Below are positions 49,901-60,872 of a DNA stretch of 64,000 bases, piece after piece. The notes below the pieces were generated by a model. That model was not told where the DNA came from. It was given only the letters and a program-made list of their open reading frames with translations, and made no database searches. Within the stretch, counting starts at the first letter, position 1; every line of letters starts with the position of its first letter. Source of the DNA: the human T2T-CHM13v2.0 reference genome, Homo sapiens; the NCBI RefSeq assembly GCF_009914755.1, contig NC_060931.1; one strand, written 5' to 3'. Both the position numbers and the translations under genes were made by a program.

Positions 49901-52900
49901 TTGGAAACACACTGTTTGTAAAGTCTGCAAGTGGATATATGGACCTGTTTGAGGCCTTCGTTGGAAACGGGATTTCTTCATTGAATGCTAGACGGAAGAA
50001 TTCTCAGTAAATTCTTTGTGTTGTGTGCATTCAACTCACAGAGTGGAACGTCCCTTTAGACAGAGCAGATTTGAAACCCTCTTTTTGCGGAATTTGCAAG
50101 TGGAGATTTCTAGCCATTTGATGCCAACAGTAGAAAGGGAAATATCTTCAAATAAAAACCAGACAGAATCATTCTCAGAAAATTCTTTGTGATGTGTGCG
50201 TTCAACTCACATAGTTTAACCTTTCTTTTCATAGAGCAGTTTGGAAACACTCTGTTTGTAAAGTCTGCAAGTGGATATATGGACCGCATTGAGGCCTTCG
50301 TTGGAAACGGGATTTCTTCATTTCATGCTAGACAGAAGAATTCTCAGTAACTTCTTTGTGCTGTGTGTATTCAACTCACAGAGTGGAACGTCCCTTTGCA
50401 CAGAGCAGATTTGAAACACTCTTTTTGTGGAGTTTGCAAGTGGAGATTTCAAGCGATTTGATGCCAACAGTAGAAAAGGAAATATCTTCAAATAAAAACT
50501 AGACAGAATCATTCTCAGAAACTACTTTGTGATGTGTGCCTTCAACTCACAGAGTTCAACCTTTCTTTTCTTAGAGCAGTTTAGAAACACTCTGCTTGTT
50601 ATGTCTGCAAGTGGATATTTGGACCTCTTTGAGGCCTTCGTTGCAAACGGGGTTTCTTCCTTTCATGCTAGACTAAGAAGAGTTCTCAGTAACTTTTTTG
50701 TGTTGTGTGTATTCAACTCACAGAGTTGAACCTTGCTTTAGAGAGAGCAGATTTGAAACACTCTTGCTGTGGCATTTTCAGGTGGAGATTTCAAGCGATT
50801 TGAGGACAATTGCAGAAAAGGAAATATCTTCGTATAATAACCAGACAGAATCATTCTCAGAAAGTGCTTTGTGATGTGTGCGTTCAACTCACAGAGTTTA
50901 ACCTTTCTTTTCATAGAGGAGTTTGGAAACACACTGTTTGTAAAGTCTGCAAGTGGATATATGGACCTGTTTGAGGCCTTCGTTGGAAACGGGATTTCTT
51001 CATTGAATGCTAGACGGAAGAATTCTCAGTAAATTCTTTGTGTTGTGTGCATTCAACTCACAGAGTGGAACGTCCCTTTAGACAGAGCAGATTTGAAACA
51101 CTCTTTTTGCGGAATTTGCAAGTGGAGATTTCTAGCCATTTGATGCCAACAGTAGAAAGGGAAATATCTTCAAATAAAAACCAGACAGAATCATTCTCAG
51201 AAAATTCTTTGTGATGTGTGCGTTCAACTCACATAGTTTAACCTTTCTTTTCATAGAGCAGTTTGGAAACACTCTGTTTGTAAAGTCTGCAAGTGGATAT
51301 ATGGACCGCATTGAGGCCTTCGTTGGAAACGGGATTTCTTCATTTCATGCTAGACAGAAGAATTCTCAGTAACTTCTTTGTGCTGTGTGTATTCAACTCA
51401 CAGAGTGGAACGTCCCTTTGCACAGAGCAGATTTGAAACACTCTTTTTGTGGAGTTTGCAAGTGGAGATTTCAAGCGATTTGATGCCTACAGTAGAAAAG
51501 GAAATATGTTCAAATAAAAACTAGACAGAATCATTCTCAGAAACTACTTTGTGATGTGTGCCTTCAACTCACAGAGTTTAACCTTTCTTTTCTTAGAGCA
51601 GTTTAGAAACACTCTGCTTGTTATGTCTGCAAGTGGATATTTGGACCTCTTTGAGGCCTTCGTTGCAAACGGGGTTTCTTCCTTTCATGCTAGACTAAGA
51701 AGAGTTCTCAGTAACTTTTTTGTGTTGTGTGTATTCAACTCACAGAGTTGAACCTTGCTTTAGAGAGAGCAGATTTGAAACACTCTTGCTGTGGCATTTT
51801 CAGGTGGAGATTTCAAGCGATTTGAGGACAATTGCAGAAAAGGAAATATCTTCGTATAATAACCAGACAGAATCATTCTCAGAAAGTGCTTTGTGATGTG
51901 TGCGTTCAACTCACAGAGTTTAACCTTTCTTTTCATAGAGGAGTTTGGAAACACACTGTTTGTAAAGTCTGCAAGTGGATATATGGACCTGTTTGAGGCC
52001 TTCGTTGGAAACGGGATTTCTTCATTGAATGCTAGACGGAAGAATTCTCAGTAAATTCTTTGTGTTGTGTGCATTCAACTCACAGAGTGGAACGTCCCTT
52101 TAGACAGAGCAGATTTGAAACCCTCTTTTTGCGGAATTTGCAAGTGGAGATTTCTAGCCATTTGATGCCAACAGTAGAAAGGGAAATATCTTCAAATAAA
52201 AACCAGACAGAATCATTCTCAGAAAATTCTTTGTGATGTGTGCGTTCAACTCACATAGTTTAACCTTTCTTTTCATAGAGCAGTTTGGAAACACTCTGTT
52301 TGTAAAGTCTGCAAGTGGATATATGGACCGCATTGAGGCCTTCGTTGGAAACGGGATTTCTTCATTTCATGCTAGACAGAAGAATTCTCAGTAACTTCTT
52401 TGTGCTGTGTGTATTCAACTCACAGAGTGGAACGTCCCTTTGCACAGAGCAGATTTGAAACACTCTTTTTGTGGAGTTTGCAAGTGGAGATTTCAAGCGA
52501 TTTGATGCCAACAGTAGAAAAGGAAATATCTTCAAATAAAAACTAGACAGAATCATTCTCAGAAACTACTTTGTGATGTGTGCCTTCAACTCACAGAGTT
52601 CAACCTTTCTTTTCTTAGAGCAGTTTAGAAACACTCTGCTTGTTATGTCTGCAAGTGGATATTTGGACCTCTTTGAGGCCTTCGTTGCAAACGGGGTTTC
52701 TTCCTTTCATGCTAGACTAAGAAGAGTTCTCAGTAACTTTTTTGTGTTGTGTGTATTCAACTCACAGAGTTGAACCTTGCTTTAGAGAGAGCAGATTTGA
52801 AACACTCTTGCTGTGGCATTTTCAGGTGGAGATTTCAAGCGATTTGAGGACAATTGCAGAAAAGGAAATATCTTCGTATAATAACCAGACAGAATCATTC

Positions 52901-55900
52901 TCAGAAAGTGCTTTGTGATGTGTGCGTTCAACTCACAGAGTTTAACCTTTCTTTTCATAGAGGAGTTTGGAAACACACTGTTTGTAAAGTCTGCAAGTGG
53001 ATATATGGACCTGTTTGAGGCCTTCGTTGGAAACGGGATTTCTTCATTGAATGCTAGACGGAAGAATTCTCAGTAAATTCTTTGTGTTGTGTGCATTCAA
53101 CTCACAGAGTGGAACGTCCCTTTAGACAGAGCAGATTTGAAACACTCTTTTTGCGGAATTTGCAAGTGGAGATTTCTAGCCATTTGATGCCAACAGTAGA
53201 AAGGGAAATATCTTCAAATAAAAACCAGACAGAATCATTCTCAGAAAATTCTTTGTGATGTGTGCGTTCAACTCACATAGTTTAACCTTTCTTTTCATAG
53301 AGCAGTTTGGAAACACTCTGTTTGTAAAGTCTGCAAGTGGATATATGGACCGCATTGAGGCCTTCGTTGGAAACGGGATTTCTTCATTTCATGCTAGACA
53401 GAAGAATTCTCAGTAACTTCTTTGTGCTGTGTGTATTCAACTCACAGAGTGGAACGTCCCTTTGCACAGAGCAGATTTGAAACACTCTTTTTGTGGAGTT
53501 TGCAAGTGGAGATTTCAAGCGATTTGATGCCAACAGTAGAAAAGGAAATATCTTCAAATAAAAACTAGACAGAATCATTCTCAGAAACTACTTTGTGATG
53601 TGTGCCTTCAACTCACAGAGTTCAACCTTTCTTTTCTTAGAGCAGTTTAGAAACACTCTGCTTGTTATGTCTGCAAGTGGATATTTGGACCTCTTTGAGG
53701 CCTTCGTTGCAAACGGGGTTTCTTCCTTTCATGCTAGACTAAGAAGAGTTCTCAGTAACTTTTTTGTGTTGTGTGTATTCAACTCACAGAGTTGAACCTT
53801 GCTTTAGAGAGAGCAGATTTGAAACACTCTTGTTGTGGCATTTTCAGGTGGAGATTTCAAGCGATTTGAGGACAATTGCAGAAAAGGAAATATCTTCGTA
53901 TAATAACCAGACAGAATCATTCTCAGAAAGTGCTTTGTGATGTGTGCGTTCAACTCACAGAGTTTAACCTTTCTTTTCATAGAGGAGTTTGGAAACACAC
54001 TGTTTGTAAAGTCTGCAAGTGGATACATGGACCTGTTTGAGGCCTTCGTTGGAAACGGGATTTCTTCATTGAATGCTAGACGGAAGAATTCTCAGTAAAT
54101 TCTTTGTGTTGTGTGCATTCAACTCACAGAGTGGAACGTCCCTTTAGACAGAGCAGATTTGAAACACTCTTTTTGCGGAATTTGCAAGTGGAGATTTCTA
54201 GCCATTTGATGCCAACAGTAGAAAGGGAAATATCTTCAAATAAAAACCAGACAGAATCATTCTCAGAAAATTCTTTGTGATGTGTGCGTTCAACTCACAT
54301 AGTTTAACCTTTCTTTTCATAGAGCAGTTTGGAAACACTCTGTTTGTAAAGTCTGCAAGTGGATATATGGACCGCATTGAGGCCTTCGTTGGAAACGGGA
54401 TTTCTTCATTTCATGCTAGACAGAAGAATTCTCAGTAACTTCTTTGTGCTGTGTGTATTCAACTCACAGAGTGGAACGTCCCTTTGCACAGAGGAGATTT
54501 GAAACACTCTTTTTCTGGAGTTTGCAAGTGGAGATTTCAAGCGATTTGATGCCAACAGTAGAAAAGGAAATATCTTCAAATAAAAACTAGACAGAATCAT
54601 TCTCAGAAACTACTTTGTGATGTGTGCCTTCAACTCACAGAGTTTAACCTTTCTTTTCTTAGAGCAGTTTAGAAACACTCTGCTTGTTATGTCTGCAAGT
54701 GGATATTTGGACCTCTTTGAGGCCTTCGTTGCAAACGGGGTTTCTTCCTTTCATGCTAGACTAAGAAGAGTTCTCAGTAACTTTTTTGTGTTGTGTGTAT
54801 TCAACTCACAGAGTTGAACCTTGCTTTAGAGAGAGCAGATTTGAAGCACTCTTGCTGTGGCATTTTCAGGTGGAGATTTCAAGCGATTTGAGGACAATTG
54901 CAGAAAAGGAAATATCTTCGTATAATAACCAGACAGAATCATTCTCAGAAAGTGCTTTGTGATGTGTGCGTTCAACTCACAGAGTTTAACCTTTCTTTTC
55001 ATAGAGGAGTTTGGAAACACACTGTTTGTAAAGTCTGCAAGTGGATATATGGACCTGTTTGAGGCCTTCGTTGGAAACGGGATTTCTTCATTGAATGCTA
55101 GACGGAAGAATTCTCAGTAAATTCTTTGTGTTGTGTGCATTCAACTCACAGAGTGGAACGTCCCTTTAGACAGAGCAGATTTGAAACCCTCTTTTTGCGG
55201 AATTTGCAAGTGGAGATTTCTAGCCATTTGATGCCAACAGTAGAAAGGGAAATATCTTCAAATAAAAACCAGACAGAATCATTCTCAGAAAATTCTTTGT
55301 GATGTGTGCGTTCAACTCACATAGTTTAACCTTTCTTTTCATAGAGCAGTTTGGAAACACTCTGTTTGTAAAGTCTGCAAGTGGATATATGGACCGCATT
55401 GAGGCCTTCGTTGGAAACGGGATTTCTTCATTTCATGCTAGACAGAAGAATTCTCAGTAACTTCTTTGTGCTGTGTGTATTCAACTCACAGAGTGGAACG
55501 TCCCTTTGCACAGAGCAGATTTGAAACACTCTTTTTGTGGAGTTTGCAAGTGGAGATTTCAAGCGATTTGATGCCAACAGTAGAAAAGGAAATATCTTCA
55601 AATAAAAACTAGACAGAATCATTCTCAGAAACTACTTTGTGATGTGTGCCTTCAACTCACAGAGTTCAACCTTTCTTTTCTTAGAGCAGTTTAGAAACAC
55701 TCTGCTTGTTATGTCTGCAAGTGGATATTTGGACCTCTTTGAGGCCTTCGTTGCAAACGGGGTTTCTTCCTTTCATGCTAGACTAAGAAGAGTTCTCAGT
55801 AACTTTTTTGTGTTGTGTGTATTCAACTCACAGAGTTGAACCTTGCTTTAGAGAGAGCAGATTTGAAACACTCTTGCTGTGGCATTTTCAGGTGGAGATT

Positions 55901-58900
55901 TCAAGCGATTTGAGGACAATTGCAGAAAAGGAAATATCTTCGTATAATAACCAGACAGAATCATTCTCAGAAAGTGCTTTGTGATGTGTGCGTTCAACTC
56001 ACAGAGTTTAACCTTTCTTTTCATAGAGGAGTTTGGAAACACACTGTTTGTAAAGTCTGCAAGTGGATATATGGACCTGTTTGAGGCCTTCGTTGGAAAC
56101 GGGATTTCTTCATTGAATGCTAGACGGAAGAATTCTCAGTAAATTCTTTGTGTTGTGTGCATTCAACTCACAGAGTGGAACGTCCCTTTAGACAGAGCAG
56201 ATTTGAAACCCTCTTTTTGCGGAATTTGCAAGTGGAGATTTCTAGCCATTTGATGCCAACAGTAGAAAGGGAAATATCTTCAAATAAAAACCAGACAGAA
56301 TCATTCTCAGAAAATTCTTTGTGATGTGTGCGTTCAACTCACATAGTTTAACCTTTCTTTTCATAGAGCAGTTTGGAAACACTCTGTTTGTAAAGTCTGC
56401 AAGTGGATATATGGACCGCATTGAGGCCTTCGTTGGAAACGGGATTTCTTCATTTCATGCTAGACAGAAGAATTCTCAGTAACTTCTTTGTGCTGTGTGT
56501 ATTCAACTCACAGAGTGGAACGTCCCTTTGCACAGAGCAGATTTGAAACACTCTTTTTGTGGAGTTTGCCAGTGGAGATTTCAAGCGATTTGATGCCAAC
56601 AGTAGAAAAGGAAATATCTTCAAATAAAAACTAGACAGAATCATTCTCAGAAACTACTTTGTGATGTGTGCCTTCAACTCACAGAGTTCAACCTTTCTTT
56701 TCTTAGAGCAGTTTAGAAACACTCTGCTTGTTATGTCTGCAAGTGGATATTTGGACCTCTTTGAGGCCTTCGTTGCAAACGGGGTTTCTTCCTTTCATGC
56801 TAGACTAAGAAGAGTTCTCAGTAACTTTTTTGTGTTGTGTGTATTCAACTCACAGAGTTGAACCTTGCTTTAGAGAGAGCAGATTTGAAACACTCTTGCT
56901 GTGGCATTTTCAGGTGGAGATTTCAAGCGATTTGAGGACAATTGCAGAAAAGGAAATATCTTCGTATAATAACCAGACAGAATCATTCTCAGAAAGTGCT
57001 TTGTGATGTGTGCGTTCAACTCACAGAGTTTAACCTTTCTTTTCATAGAGGAGTTTGGAAACACACTGTTTGTAAAGTCTGCAAGTGGATATATGGACCT
57101 GTTTGAGGCCTTCGTTGGAAACGGGATTTCTTCATTGAATGCTAGACGGAAGAATTCTCAGTAAATTCTTTGTGTTGTGTGCATTCAACTCACAGAGTGG
57201 AACGTCCCTTTAGACAGAGCAGATTTGAAACCCTCTTTTTGCGGAATTTGCAAGTGGAGATTTCTAGCCATTTGATGCCAACAGTAGAAAGGGAAATATC
57301 TTCAAATAAAAACCAGACAGAATCATTCTCAGAAAATTCTTTGTGATGTGTGCGTTCAACTCACATAGTTTAACCTTTCTTTTCATAGAGCAGTTTGGAA
57401 ACACTCTGTTTGTAAAGTCTGCAAGTGGATATATGGACCGCATTGAGGCCTTCGTTGGAAACGGGATTTCTTCATTTCATGCTAGACAGAAGAATTCTCA
57501 GTAACTTCTTTGTGCTGTGTGTATTCAACTCACAGAGTGGAACGTCCCTTTGCACAGAGCAGATTTGAAACACTCTTTTTGTGGAGTTTGCCAGTGGAGA
57601 TTTCAAGCGATTTGATGCCAACAGTAGAAAAGGAAATATCTTCAAATAAAAACTAGACAGAATCATTCTCAGAAACTACTTTGTGATGTGTGCCTTCAAC
57701 TCACAGAGTTCAACCTTTCTTTTCTTAGAGCAGTTTAGAAACACTCTGCTTGTTATGTCTGCAAGTGGATATTTGGACCTCTTTGAGGCCTTCGTTGCAA
57801 ACGGGGTTTCTTCCTTTCATGCTAGACTAAGAAGAGTTCTCAGTAACTTTTTTGTGTTGTGTGTATTCAACTCACAGAGTTGAACCTTGCTTTAGAGAGA
57901 GCAGATTTGAAACACTCTTGCTGTGGCATTTTCAGGTGGAGATTTCAAGCGATTTGAGGACAATTGCAGAAAAGGAAATATCTTCGTATAATAACCAGAC
58001 AGAATCATTCTCAGAAAGTGCTTTGTGATGTGTGCGTTCAACTCACAGAGTTTAACCTTTCTTTTCATAGAGGAGTTTGGAAACACACTGTTTGTAAAGT
58101 CTGCAAGTGGATACATGGACCTGTTTGAGGCCTTCGTTGGAAACGGGATTTCTTCATTGAATGCTAGACGGAAGAATTCTCAGTAAATTCTTTGTGTTGT
58201 GTGCATTCAACTCACAGAGTGGAACGTCCCTTTAGACAGAGCAGATTTGAAACACTCTTTTTGCGGAATTTGCAAGTGGAGATTTCTAGCCATTTGATGC
58301 CAACAGTAGAAAGGGAAATATCTTCAAATAAAAACCAGACAGAATCATTCTCAGAAAATTCTTTGTGATGTGTGCGTTCAACTCACATAGTTTAACCTTT
58401 CTTTTCATAGAGCAGTTTGGAAACACTCTGTTTGTAAAGTCTGCAAGTGGATATATGGACCGCATTGAGGCCTTCGTTGGAAACGGGATTTCTTCATTTC
58501 ATGCTAGACAGAAGAATTCTCAGTAACTTCTTTGTGCTGTGTGTATTCAACTCACAGAGTGGAACGTCCCTTTGCACAGAGCAGATTTGAAACACTCTTT
58601 TTGTGGAGTTTGCCAGTGGAGATTTCAAGCGATTTGATGCCAACAGTAGAAAAGGAAATATCTTCAAATAAAAACTAGACAGAATCATTCTCAGAAACTA
58701 CTTTGTGATGTGTGCCTTCAACTCACAGAGTTCAACCTTTCTTTTCTTAGAGCAGTTTAGAAACACTCTGCTTGTTATGTCTGCAAGTGGATATTTGGAC
58801 CTCTTTGAGGCCTTCGTTGCAAACGGGGTTTCTTCCTTTCATGCTAGACTAAGAAGAGTTCTCAGTAACTTTTTTGTGTTGTGTGTATTCAACTCACAGA

Positions 58901-60855
58901 GTTGAACCTTGCTTTAGAGAGAGCAGATTTGAAACACTCTTGCTGTGGCATTTTCAGGTGGAGATTTCAAGCGATTTGAGGACAATTGCAGAAAAGGAAA
59001 TATCTTCGTATAATAACCAGACAGAATCATTCTCAGAAAGTGCTTTGTGATGTGTGCGTTCAACTCACAGAGTTTAACCTTTCTTTTCATAGAGGAGTTT
59101 GGAAACACACTGTTTGTAAAGTCTGCAAGTGGATACATGGACCTGTTTGAGGCCTTCGTTGGAAACGGGATTTCTTCATTGAATGCTAGACGGAAGAATT
59201 CTCAGTAAATTCTTTGTGTTGTGTGCATTCAACTCACAGAGTGGAACGTCCCTTTAGACAGAGCAGATTTGAAACCCTCTTTTTGCGGAATTTGCAAGTG
59301 GAGATTTCTAGCCATTTGATGCCAACAGTAGAAAGGGAAATATCTTCAAATAAAAACCAGACAGAATCATTCTCAGAAAATTCTTTGTGATGTGTGCGTT
59401 CAACTCACATAGTTTAACCTTTCTTTTCATAGAGCAGTTTGGAAACACTCTGTTTGTAAAGTCTGCAAGTGGATATATGGACCGCATTGAGGCCTTCGTT
59501 GGAAACGGGATTTCTTCATTTCATGCTAGACAGAAGAATTCTCAGTAACTTCTTTGTGCTGTGTGTATTCAACTCACAGAGTGGAACGTCCCTTTGCACA
59601 GAGCAGATTTGAAACACTCTTTTTGTGGAGTTTGCAAGTGGAGATTTCAAGCGATTTGATGCCAACAGTAGAAAAGGAAATATCTTCAAATAAAAACTAG
59701 ACAGAATCATTCTCAGAAACTACTTTGTGATGTGTGCCTTCAACTCACAGAGTTTAACCTTTCTTTTCTTAGAGCAGTTTAGAAACACTCTGCTTGTTAT
59801 GTCTGCAAGTGGATATTTGGACCTCTTTGAGGCCTTCGTTGCAAACGGGGTTTCTTCCTTTCATGCTAGACTAAGAAGAGTTCTCAGTAACTTTTTTGTG
59901 TTGTGTGTATTCAACTCACAGAGTTGAACCTTGCTTTAGAGAGAGCAGATTTGAAACACTCTTGCTGTGGCATTTTCAGGTGGAGATTTCAAGCGATTTG
60001 AGGACAATTGCAGAAAAGGAAATATCTTCGTATAATAACCAGACAGAATCATTCTCAGAAAGTGCTTTGTGATGTGTGCGTTCAACTCACAGAGTTTAAC
60101 CTTTCTTTTCATAGAGGAGTTTGGAAACACACTGTTTGTAAAGTCTGCAAGTGGATATATGGACCTGTTTGAGGCCTTCGTTGGAAACGGGATTTCTTCA
60201 TTGAATGCTAGACGGAAGAATTCTCAGTAAATTCTTTGTGTTGTGTGCATTCAACTCACAGAGTGGAACGTCCCTTTAGACAGAGCAGATTTGAAACCCT
60301 CTTTTTGCGGAATTTGCAAGTGGAGATTTCTAGCCATTTGATGCCAACAGTAGAAAGGGAAATATCTTCAAATAAAAACCAGACAGAATCATTCTCAGAA
60401 AATTCTTTGTGATGTGTGCGTTCAACTCACATAGTTTAACCTTTCTTTTCATAGAGCAGTTTGGAAACACTCTGTTTGTAAAGTCTGCAAGTGGATATAT
60501 GGACCGCATTGAGGCCTTCGTTGGAAACGGGATTTCTTCATTTCATGCTAGACAGAAGAATTCTCAGTAACTTCTTTGTGCTGTGTGTATTCAACTCACA
60601 GAGTGGAACGTCCCTTTGCACAGAGCAGATTTGAAACACTCTTTTTGTGGAGTTTGCCAGTGGAGATTTCAAGCGATTTGATGCCAACAGTAGAAAAGGA
60701 AATATCTTCAAATAAAAACTAGACAGAATCATTCTCAGAAACTACTTTGTGATGTGTGCCTTCAACTCACAGAGTTCAACCTTTCTTTTCTTAGAGCAGT
60801 TTAGAAACACTCTGCTTGTTATGTCTGCAAGTGGATATTTGGACCTCTTTGAGGC

Positions 60856-60872
60856 CTTCGTTGCAAACGTGG
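60856..60872 (+). promoter_or_regulatory. Disrupted CENP-B box (CGGG>CGTG)
   Basis: CTTCGTTGCAAACGTGG; G>T at 60870 in the core. Confidence 0.85.
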
